Source: an uncultured bacterium (GTDB lineage Bacteria; Planctomycetota; UBA1135; GCA-002686595). From it: DNA of 64,000 nucleotides. The translations under genes were made by a program, and so were the position numbers. The stretch is from assembly GCA_943787795.1 (NCBI GenBank), contig CALSNU010000004.1:64001-128000 (forward strand). Direction: 5' to 3'. This document shows positions 35,353-43,636 of this stretch, piece by piece. Below the pieces are notes generated by a model. The model was not told the DNA's origin and searched no databases. It saw only the letters and a list, made by a program, of their open reading frames with translations. Each line of letters opens with the position of its first letter. The first letter of the stretch is position 1.

Positions 35353-37128
35353 TTGGTCATCCTGGCGCGCTTCTTCCGCCGCTTCTTGCGGTACCGCGGC
35401 CCTCTGCTCATGGGGCTGGTGTGCATCCCGCTCGCGCAGCTGGCGGATGTGTCCATCACGTTGCTCGTCGGTGACGCCCTCGATCGAGCCAAGGACGCCT
35501 CGGACGCGGAGTGGATGGTCCACGTGCTCATGTGGATGGCGGTCTACGCCATCGGGCACAGCGTCCTGCGCTTCTACCAGCGCTGGTTGATCGTCGTGGT
35601 GTCTCGCAGGGTCGAGGTCGACCTGAAGCGCGAGCTCCTCGACAAGCTCACCTCGCTCCCCTTCGCGTTCCACGATCGCAGCCGATCCGGGGACGTGGTC
35701 TCGCGGTTGACCAGCGACGTCGAGGCCGTCCGCATGACCCTGGGCCCTGGGCTCATGTACACCCTGGGCGCGGTGGTCATCGTCCCCATCAGCCTGGCGA
35801 TCCTCTTCACCATCAAGCCGGCCCTCGCCCTCGCCATGGTGGTCCCCCTGGTCGGCATGGGGGTCACCATGAAGCTGCTCACAGGCCGGCTGCACTCGTT
35901 CTCGGTGGCGGTCCAGGAGTCCATCGCGGGCATCAGCCACCGGGCTCAGGAGAACTTCGGCGGCATCCGGATCGTCAAGGGCTACGCCCGCGAGGATCAG
36001 CAGGCCCGGCTCTTCGAGGCCACGAGCGCCGAGAACCGAGACAACCAGGTCGAGCTGGGCAAGGCGCGGGGCCTCACGCACGCGGCCGTCAACGCCTCCT
36101 TTGATCTCACCTTCGCCGTCATCCTCCTGGTCGGCGGACTGGCTGCGGTGGACCGCACCCTGCCGATCGGTGACCTCTTCAAGTTCATCGACCTGACCAT
36201 GAAGGTCTTCTGGCCGCTCATCGCCATCGGCTGGGTCCTGGGCATGCTCCCCCGGGCGATCGCGAGCGCCGAGCGCGTGCAGGAACTGCTCGACGAGGAG
36301 AACCCCATCGAGGACGGCGACGCGCCGGTCTCCATCGCAGACATCCGCGGCGGCCTGGAATTCGACGGCGTCTCGTTCTCCTACGAGCGCGGTCCAGAAC
36401 CCGCGCTGAAGGAGATCCGGTTCGCCGCCGCCGCGGGCTCCACCGTCGGCGTCGTGGGTCCGACCGGAGCGGGGAAGTCGACCCTGCTCAACCTCGTGGG
36501 CCGGCTCTTCGAGGCGACCGAGGGCGAGGTCCGCCTCGACGGCACGCCGATCCGAGACCTGCCGCTGGCGGTCCTGCGGGGCGCCATCGGCTACGTCCCC
36601 CAGGACTCCTTCCTGTTCAGCGAGCCCTACGCCGACAACATCCGCTTCGGCGCCGACGAGCCGCTGGACGACGCGGCCGTCGAGGCGCTGATCGAGCGGG
36701 TCTCCATGAAGGACGAGGTCGCCGAGTTCCCCGAGGGGATGGCCACGCTCGTGGGCGAGCGGGGCGTCACGCTCTCCGGCGGTCAGCGCCAGCGGACCTG
36801 CATCGCACGCGCCCTCGCGCGAGACCCGAGGATCCTCATCCTCGACGACTGCCTCTCGGCCGTGGACACGGAGACCGAAAAGGCGCTGCTCGGGAGCCTG
36901 CGGAGCGCCGGCGCCGGGCGCACCGTCCTGGTCGCCGCGCATCGCCTGAGCTCCGTCCGCGACGCCGACCAGATCCTGGTACTTGATGCCGAGGGAGCGA
37001 TGGAGGCGGCGGGCACCCACGCTGAGCTGCTCCAACGGGAGGGCTGGTACCGAACGACCTGGGAGCAGCAACAGCGCACCGAGTCCCTCTCGGCCGAGGT
37101 GGAGAGTGAGATCGGGAGGACCGGATGA
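35353..37128 (+). CDS. ABC exporter, fused TMD-NBD, subunit A of heterodimer
   Basis: 6-TM domain, GPTGAGKST, LSGGQRQR, Walker B ILILDD (no catalytic Glu). Confidence 0.95.
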   Translation: MVILARFFRRFLRYRGPLLMGLVCIPLAQLADVSITLLVGDALDRAKDASDAEWMVHVLMWMAVYAIGHSVLRFYQRWLIVVVSRRVEVDLKRELLDKLTSLPFAFHDRSRSGDVVSRLTSDVEAVRMTLGPGLMYTLGAVVIVPISLAILFTIKPALALAMVVPLVGMGVTMKLLTGRLHSFSVAVQESIAGISHRAQENFGGIRIVKGYAREDQQARLFEATSAENRDNQVELGKARGLTHAAVNASFDLTFAVILLVGGLAAVDRTLPIGDLFKFIDLTMKVFWPLIAIGWVLGMLPRAIASAERVQELLDEENPIEDGDAPVSIADIRGGLEFDGVSFSYERGPEPALKEIRFAAAAGSTVGVVGPTGAGKSTLLNLVGRLFEATEGEVRLDGTPIRDLPLAVLRGAIGYVPQDSFLFSEPYADNIRFGADEPLDDAAVEALIERVSMKDEVAEFPEGMATLVGERGVTLSGGQRQRTCIARALARDPRILILDDCLSAVDTETEKALLGSLRSAGAGRTVLVAAHRLSSVRDADQILVLDAEGAMEAAGTHAELLQREGWYRTTWEQQQRTESLSAEVESEIGRTG

Positions 37129-38942
37129 GCGTCAGCGAAGTCGACCCCTCCGAGCTCGTCGTCACCAAGGCCTGGGACTCGTCGCTGTTCCGGCGCCTGC
37201 TGGAGTTCATCCGCCCCCACCGGCGGCTGTTCCTGGCGAGCTTCGCCGTGCTCATGTGCCTCTTCGCCGGCGAGCTCTTCGGGACATGGATCTGGCGCGG
37301 CGCCATCGACGGGCCGGTCACCGGGGCCGCCGGTGCCGAGGACCGCTCCCCCTATGTGCGGGAGCTCTTGGGCTGGGTCGGGCTGTACGTCGGCCTGGTC
37401 GTGTTCATGACCGGCATGCGTTACCTGGAGACCTCCGTGCTCACGCGGACGGGCCAGGCGGTGGTCCATGACCTGCGGGCGAGGGTCTTCCGTCACCTCC
37501 AGCACCTCGACCTCGGCTTCTTCGACCGTCGCCCCACGGGGGCGCTGGTGACGCGGGTCACCACGGACATCGAGAACCTCTCCGAGATGTTCACGTCCGG
37601 GGTGGTGGTGCTCTTCTTCGACGCGCTCAAGGTCACGGTGGTGCTCGGGATCCTGTTCTCGATCAACGCCCAGCTGGCGCTGATCACCCTGCTCACCACC
37701 CCCCTGCTCATCGGGGTCTCGCTGGGCTTTCGTGGCGGGGCCCGGCGCGCGCACCGCGAGGTCCGGGCGCGGCTGGCGCGGCTGAACGGATACCTCCAGG
37801 AGGTCCTGAACGGCATCCGCGTCGTCCAGGTCTTCCGCCGTGAGGAGCGGGTCGCTGGCCGCTTCAACGAGGCCCTCGACCGCTACTTCGAGGCCAACCA
37901 GCGGACCATCTTCCTCTTCGCGCTCTTCTATCCCGCCATGTCCCTGGCGGTCTACGTCATCCAGGGCGCCGCGCTATGGGCCGGGGTCGTCGCGATCACG
38001 GGCGAGGCGCTGTCCTACGGCGCCTTCATTCAGTTCTGGCTGCTGCTGAACATGCTCGTCCGCCCCATCCGGGAGCTGGGCGAGCGGTACAACGTCCTCC
38101 AGAGCGCCTTCGCCTCCGCCGAACGGATCTTCCAGGTCCTGGACACCGTCCCCTCCGTGGCGAGCTCCGCGGCGCCCGAGGCGCTGCCCGACTCGGGCGG
38201 GCTGCCCCCCGCCATCCGCTTCGACGGCGTGGAGTTCGAGTACGTCGAGGGCTCCCCCATCCTCAAGGACATCTCCTTCGAGGTCCCGCGGGGCAAGACC
38301 GTGGCCGTGGTCGGCGCGACGGGCGCCGGCAAGTCCACGCTCGTCAACCTCCTGTTGCGCTTCTACGACCCCCAGGCCGGACGAGTGACCCTGGATGACG
38401 TCAACATCCAGGCGCTCCCCCTGGAGACCCTGCGGAGCCGCTTCGGACTCGTCCTCCAGGAGGACTTCCTCTTCGCGGGCACCGTTCGGGACAACCTGAT
38501 CATGGAACGAGAGGGGGTCACCGAGGCCTCCCTCGCCGAGGCGCTCGAGGCGTCCCAGGCCAGGGCCCTCGTCCAGCGGCTCGACGGTGGATTGGACGCG
38601 GAGGTCGCCGAGCGCGGCGCGACCTTCTCCACCGGGGAGCGCCAGCTGCTGGCCATCACCCGCGCCCTGGCCGCGCGGCCGGACATCGTCGTTCTGGACG
38701 AGGCCACCGCGGCGGTGGACAGCGGGACCGAACACCGGATCGAGCGTGCGACCCGCGCCCTGCTGGCGGGCCGCAGCGCCCTGGTCATCGCCCACCGCCT
38801 CTCGACCATCCGGGACGCCGACGAGATCCTCGTCATGGCGCGCGGCGAGATCCGTGAGCGCGGAACCCACGAGGAGCTGCTGGCACGCGGTGGACTCTAC
38901 GCCAAGCTCCACGCGCTGCAGTTCGAGGAGCCTGCGGCCTGA
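37125..38942 (+). CDS. ABC exporter, fused TMD-NBD, subunit B of heterodimer (YheI/H, MdlA/B, TmrAB type)
   Basis: GATGAGKST, degenerate signature FSTGE, Walker B VVLDE, IAHRLST; ATGA overlap with upstream gene. Confidence 0.95.
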   Translation: MSVSEVDPSELVVTKAWDSSLFRRLLEFIRPHRRLFLASFAVLMCLFAGELFGTWIWRGAIDGPVTGAAGAEDRSPYVRELLGWVGLYVGLVVFMTGMRYLETSVLTRTGQAVVHDLRARVFRHLQHLDLGFFDRRPTGALVTRVTTDIENLSEMFTSGVVVLFFDALKVTVVLGILFSINAQLALITLLTTPLLIGVSLGFRGGARRAHREVRARLARLNGYLQEVLNGIRVVQVFRREERVAGRFNEALDRYFEANQRTIFLFALFYPAMSLAVYVIQGAALWAGVVAITGEALSYGAFIQFWLLLNMLVRPIRELGERYNVLQSAFASAERIFQVLDTVPSVASSAAPEALPDSGGLPPAIRFDGVEFEYVEGSPILKDISFEVPRGKTVAVVGATGAGKSTLVNLLLRFYDPQAGRVTLDDVNIQALPLETLRSRFGLVLQEDFLFAGTVRDNLIMEREGVTEASLAEALEASQARALVQRLDGGLDAEVAERGATFSTGERQLLAITRALAARPDIVVLDEATAAVDSGTEHRIERATRALLAGRSALVIAHRLSTIRDADEILVMARGEIRERGTHEELLARGGLYAKLHALQFEEPAA

Positions 38943-39105
38943 GCCCCGCAGCGGGAGCCGCTTTCGCTGAAGGCAAAGCGCTGGAGGCACGGCCGCGGCG
39001 CGCTCACGGTCTGAAGAGGCAGACGTTCCGGAGTCGAGCGCCAGTGCGGACCGGATGCAGGAGCCAATTCAAGACCCACGCCAATGGAACAGCCCCCCAA
39101 AGCAA

Positions 39106-39139
39106 GAGGCCCCGGGAGTCATGGGACTCCCAGGGCCTC
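39106..39139. terminator. Hairpin terminator between convergent ABC and GPx genes
   Basis: GAGGCCCCGGGAGTC-atgg-GACTCCCAGGGCCTC; followed by TTGCTTT on minus strand. Confidence 0.7.
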
Positions 39140-39191
39140 CGTACGCTGAGCGGTCACTCGCCGGGGCGAGCGCAGCCCTGCATTGCGGGGA

Positions 39192-39872
39192 CTACTGGCC
39201 GCGGAACTCCACGATCGCGTCGCGCAGCGCCGAGCCCTCCGGGCCCTCGCTGGACTTGAAGAAGCGCGCCTCGGTCCCGTCCTTGGAGACCACGTACTTG
39301 CAGAAGTTCCAGTTGGGCCGCTCGCCCGTCATGCCGGCGAGGCCGTCGAAGATCGGGCTGTCGCCCTCCTTGGTGCCCACCTTGGCGAGCATGGGGAAGG
39401 TCACGCCGTAGTTCTCCTCGCAGAAGGCTTGGATCTCCTCGGCGGAGCCGGGCTCCTGCCTCCCGAAGTCGTTGCTCGGGATCCCGACGACGGTGAAGTC
39501 TTCGCCCCCAAGCTCCTCTTGCAGCTTCTGAAGGCCGGCGTACTGGGGGGTGTACCCGCACTTGCTCGCCACGTTGACAAAGACCGTCACCTTGCCCTGG
39601 AGCATGGAGAGGGGCATCGCGCCGCCGTCGAGCGCCGTGGCGTCCAGCGCATAGAGCCCGCTTCCCGCGGCCTCCGGAGCAGGAGCGGTCGCTGCCGGAG
39701 CGGGCGCTGCAGCCGAGGCCGTCGCCGCCGGGGCAGTCGCGGCCGGGGCCGTCGCGGCCGGGGCGGTCGCCGCCGCAGCTTCCTGCGTACCGCCGTGGGA
39801 GGCGTCTGTGGTGCTTCCGCAGGCCACAAGGGCGGTCAGGAGAGAGAGGCTGAGAAGTCGTTCGTTGCGCAT
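39192..39872 (-). CDS. Cys-type glutathione-peroxidase-family lipoprotein
   Basis: Lipobox LVAC, ATAPA linker repeats, VNVASKCGYT, PSNDFGRQEPG, FCEENY, WNFCKY. Confidence 0.93.
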   Translation of the reverse strand: MRNERLLSLSLLTALVACGSTTDASHGGTQEAAAATAPAATAPAATAPAATASAAAPAPAATAPAPEAAGSGLYALDATALDGGAMPLSMLQGKVTVFVNVASKCGYTPQYAGLQKLQEELGGEDFTVVGIPSNDFGRQEPGSAEEIQAFCEENYGVTFPMLAKVGTKEGDSPIFDGLAGMTGERPNWNFCKYVVSKDGTEARFFKSSEGPEGSALRDAIVEFRGQ

Positions 39873-39974
39873 GGTGAGGTCGTGTGCGGGGAATCAGGGC
39901 TGGACCATGCTGGTGTTCGGCACCCACCCGCGGCCGGATGCCACGCAGCCGGAAGTCTGCGCCCACACCAACAA

Positions 39975-40012
39975 CAGACGGCCGCGGCCCCTCAGGGGAC
40001 CGCGGCCGTCTG
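39975..40012 (-). terminator. Hairpin after thioredoxin-family gene
   Basis: CAGACGGCCGCGG...CCGCGGCCGTCTG 13-bp stem followed by TTGTTG on minus strand. Confidence 0.6.
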
Positions 40013-40030
40013 ATCGAGGGGCCGAGGCGC

Positions 40031-41032
40031 TCAGCCGATCCACTCGTCGAGCATCGCGAGCTGCTCCTTGCTGTCGGAGCCGATGGCCTTGGCCTTCGTC
40101 GCGTACTTGACCTTCCCCTCGTCATCCGACAGGGGGCCCGCGCACCAGTTGGCCGCCTGGAAGTTGAGGCGGAAGGCGAGCTCAGTGTCCTTGAAGCCGA
40201 GCTCGTTCACCTGATCAAGGGCGACCAGCGCAGCCCTGGCCGAGACGTCGTCTCGGACCACGGAGAACTTGGCGTCCGCCACGTAGTCCATCATGCCAAG
40301 GTCGTTCTTCGGATCGAGCCCGGCGGCCATGGCGATGTCCGCCTCGGTGGCGAGGCCGCTCTTGAGCAGCGCCAGCACCGTGCGGCCCTTCGAGCCCTTC
40401 TTGTTGTCCGCGTCCGCCGTCAGGGCGAAGCGCACGGGAGCGTCGAGGCTCGGGAGGAAGGGCGCGCCCGAGGGGGCCTCCTCGTAGATCGTCACCGCAG
40501 CCAGCCAGAGCTTCCACCGACCCGCGTCATCGGAGGCCGCCTCGAAGTCCGAGGCGATGGTCTTGGCGGCCATGAGCTGCTCACGCCCCTTGCGGAGCTC
40601 CTGCATGTGCTCGAGGTACTTCTCGGGGCCGCCCGCCTGGTAGCCCGTCCGGCCGTAGACCTCGCCGTCGGCGGTCATCATCAGGATCGTCGGGAAGCCG
40701 CGCACGCCGTACTTGGCCTGCAGCTCCTCGTTGCGCTCGGGGTTCGGGACCTTCGCCTTGATCTCCTCGGCGCGCGGGAAGTCGAGGGCCACCAGGATGT
40801 AGTCCTTCTGTGCGCTCTCCATCCACGTGTCGTGCTGGAAGACCTCGTCGTGGAGCTTGATGCACCAACCGCACCAGTCCGAACCGGTGAAGTCGACGAG
40901 GAGATCCTTGCCCTGCTCCTTCGCAGCCGCGGCGGCGGCATCGAAGTCGTCGAACCAGGTCTGGTCCGCGTGCACGGGGGTCGAGAGGACAGCGAGGCTG
41001 CCCAGCGTGAGGGCGGCGAGGGTGTTGAACAT
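40031..41032 (-). CDS. Exported thioredoxin-family protein with C-terminal helical domain
   Basis: Signal peptide MFNTLAALTLGSLAVL..., DFTGSDWCGWC, YGVRGFPT. Confidence 0.9.
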   Translation of the reverse strand: MFNTLAALTLGSLAVLSTPVHADQTWFDDFDAAAAAAKEQGKDLLVDFTGSDWCGWCIKLHDEVFQHDTWMESAQKDYILVALDFPRAEEIKAKVPNPERNEELQAKYGVRGFPTILMMTADGEVYGRTGYQAGGPEKYLEHMQELRKGREQLMAAKTIASDFEAASDDAGRWKLWLAAVTIYEEAPSGAPFLPSLDAPVRFALTADADNKKGSKGRTVLALLKSGLATEADIAMAAGLDPKNDLGMMDYVADAKFSVVRDDVSARAALVALDQVNELGFKDTELAFRLNFQAANWCAGPLSDDEGKVKYATKAKAIGSDSKEQLAMLDEWIG

Positions 41033-41256
41033 GTCGGGGTGTGGTTCGAGAAGGGCCGATCCCTCGGGCGCAGGATGCCGAGGTGCGCGATCGGTGTAGG
41101 CGATGGAGGATGGGGCCCCCACAGGATTTTCTCCAGTGCCCCGCGGGCAGAATGCACAGTTCGAACGGGAGGGCCCGCTCGATCGAGCCCCCGTAGAGCC
41201 TCAGCCCCCGTGAACTGGAGCCCCATCAACTCGGGCCCAGGCGTCCCGCCGGCGGC

Positions 41257-42417
41257 TCAGCGGCGCTGCTCGAGCACGCCCCAGACCAGGCTGGCGACGG
41301 GCTTGACCCGCCCGAACTCGCTGTTGGTCATGACCACCACTGCTCGCCCGCTGTCCGGCCGCACCGAGAGCAGGGTTCGGGTCTTCTCCTGCGATCCGGT
41401 GTGCCGGACCGTCCGCTCCCCGCCCACTGAAGCGACGCTAAACCCGAGGCCGTACGAGGTGCGCTCTCCGCTTGAGAGGCGCAGGGGTGTCCACATCCGG
41501 TCGAGCGCGGGGCGCGGCAGAAGGTCGTCGCCCATCAGACCCCGGGCGAATCGAGCCAGGTCGCCGACCGTGGAGATGAACCCGCCGCCGGCGAGCTTCC
41601 AGCTCACGTCTCGATCCAGGGACGGCACCACCTGTCGGGCCACGCGCCGGTAGCCGCGCGCGCGCCCGGAGATGGACACCCACTGGTCGTCCGGCTGGAG
41701 AGAGGCCATCCCGAGCGGCGCTGCGATGAACTCGTCCACCTGTTCCCGCAGGGACCCCTCACCCGCCCTCGCCACCGCCGCGCCGAGGAGCATGTAGCCA
41801 TGGGTCGAGTACGAGTACCGGCTGCCCGGCTCACAGACGAGCGGCGACTCCTTGAACCGATCCAGGGCCGCCACCGTGTCCATGAGGGGACGCCCTTCGG
41901 CCTCGCTGCGCTCCGTCACGATCACCTCCCCGTTGGAGTAGTGGACCACCCCACCGAGGTGCCCCGCGAGCTGCCGCGCGGTCACCGGCCAGGGTTTCAC
42001 CGGGAACTCCGGCACGAGCACGCGCACGTCATCGTCGAGATCCAGGCGGCCCGCCTCCGCGAGCTGAACCGCGCGCACGGCGACCAGCGGCTTCGAGATG
42101 GACGCCCAGCGGAACATGGTGCTCGGCCCAACAGGGGTCCTCGCCTCTCGGTCGGCGAAGCCGAAGTAGAACTCGTCGATCTCGTCCTCGACCACGACAG
42201 CCACCGCGAGTCCGACCAGCTCCTGGCGCGCAAATTCCTGCCTCAGAGCCCCGTGAAGAGCCGCCTCCAACGGGAGGTCCTCGGCCTGCGCCGTGAGGCG
42301 ACTCGCGGCCCAGTTGGGCGCCTCGGCAGTGCCGCCCAGCGGTTCACCGAGGGGCGTCCTTGGCAGCAGGCCGAGACCCACGGCCAGACCGATCCGGAGA
42401 GCGAGGGAGCCGAGCAT
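41257..42417 (-). CDS. Serine hydrolase, beta-lactamase/PBP-like family, exported
   Basis: FRWASISK (SxxK), HLGG, YSYSTHGYMLLG, HTG; ATG 42417 preceded by TAGGCT-N7. Confidence 0.9.
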   Translation of the reverse strand: MLGSLALRIGLAVGLGLLPRTPLGEPLGGTAEAPNWAASRLTAQAEDLPLEAALHGALRQEFARQELVGLAVAVVVEDEIDEFYFGFADREARTPVGPSTMFRWASISKPLVAVRAVQLAEAGRLDLDDDVRVLVPEFPVKPWPVTARQLAGHLGGVVHYSNGEVIVTERSEAEGRPLMDTVAALDRFKESPLVCEPGSRYSYSTHGYMLLGAAVARAGEGSLREQVDEFIAAPLGMASLQPDDQWVSISGRARGYRRVARQVVPSLDRDVSWKLAGGGFISTVGDLARFARGLMGDDLLPRPALDRMWTPLRLSSGERTSYGLGFSVASVGGERTVRHTGSQEKTRTLLSVRPDSGRAVVVMTNSEFGRVKPVASLVWGVLEQRR

Positions 42418-42468
42418 CAGGCCCAGCCTAAGGCACGGCGACACGGTTCGCCCGCGCCTGCGGGAGGC

Positions 42469-43566
42469 TCAGGACCGCGCGACGAGGCGCCGCCGTCCCT
42501 GGTGCGCGGTGAGCACCCGGAGCGAGGCGGCCACCAGGCGCTCGACGGTGATCGTGGAGCGGTCCACATCACGGCGGTAGCTGCAGTAGTCCGGCGCGCT
42601 GCTCGCGACCTTCTCACCAAGGCCGAACAGGTCGATCTCGGGAGCGGAGGTCGGGGCAAAGAAGGCGACCGTCGGCACCTCCATGGCGAGGCCGAGGTGG
42701 AGCGCGAGGGAGTCGCTGGTCAGCAACAGGTCGCTCAGCCCCAAGATCGCTGCGAACGTGTTGAGGTCGTGGTCTGTGCCGGCGTCGATCACCCGAGGCG
42801 GCGCGTCGAGCCCTGCGAGCCCGGCGAGTATCCTGTCGTTCCTCTCTCGCTCCGCGGCACCTCCGAGGACGAGGAAGGTGACCGGGCGGTCCAGCGCCTC
42901 CTCCAACGCACCGGCGTAGGCGACGACCCGCTCGACGGGGAGTTCCTTGCTCCGCCAGCGTCCCCCGGCTCCGGTATTCAGCCCACAGACCAGGGTCGAG
43001 TCCTCGAGCCCGAAGTCCGTGGCGAAGCCCAGCGCGGCGGCGTGAGCCTCGGCCGGCAGGGGCAGCTCGGGTCGACCGCTCTCGACCCCCAGCATCGAGG
43101 CAAAGATCTCCGGGTGTGAGCGCTCGTTCTCCCGCTTGCGCCGATCGGCAGCCTCCTTGCCGTCCTTGGACAGGAGCCCCATCCCGAACCAGGGCTCCAC
43201 GTCGTCCGTGTAGGTCGGCTGCCCTTCAGCATCGAGAGTCGCCCCCGACAGTCGCGCGGTCTCCAGCGACGCGGCGAGCGTGCAGAACGGGACCTCATCG
43301 TCCAGGGACAGCACCCAGTCCCAGCGAATCCCGGGCAGCTCCGAGCGCACGGCAGCCACCGAGGCCGCGTCAGCCGGGTCACATGTGATCACCCGCGACA
43401 CGAGCCGGTGACGCTCCACGAGGCTCCGCGCCGCCGGCGCCACCAGCCACGTGAGCTCGAGGTCGGGGAAGCGCCGCTTGAGGCCCGGGAGCACGGAGGT
43501 CGTCCGGAGGACATCCCCGAGCGAGCCGGTCTTGATCATGAGAACCGAAGTCACACTGGAACTCAC
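42469..43566 (-). CDS. Glycosyltransferase family 9 (heptosyltransferase-like)
   Basis: IKTGSLGDVLRTT, GLNTGAGGRWRSK, LTSDSLALHLG, FFAPT. Confidence 0.9.
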   Translation of the reverse strand: MSSSVTSVLMIKTGSLGDVLRTTSVLPGLKRRFPDLELTWLVAPAARSLVERHRLVSRVITCDPADAASVAAVRSELPGIRWDWVLSLDDEVPFCTLAASLETARLSGATLDAEGQPTYTDDVEPWFGMGLLSKDGKEAADRRKRENERSHPEIFASMLGVESGRPELPLPAEAHAAALGFATDFGLEDSTLVCGLNTGAGGRWRSKELPVERVVAYAGALEEALDRPVTFLVLGGAAERERNDRILAGLAGLDAPPRVIDAGTDHDLNTFAAILGLSDLLLTSDSLALHLGLAMEVPTVAFFAPTSAPEIDLFGLGEKVASSAPDYCSYRRDVDRSTITVERLVAASLRVLTAHQGRRRLVARS

Positions 43567-43636
43567 TTCGCCGCCCCTCGGGGCCCCGCTCAAGCCCCGC
43601 CCGGGTTTCCTGGGGAAGTTCCAGAGGGAGATGCGC

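Noticed and set aside
39555..39570. Selenocysteine in GPx
   Set aside because: Active-site codon is TGC (Cys); no in-frame TGA
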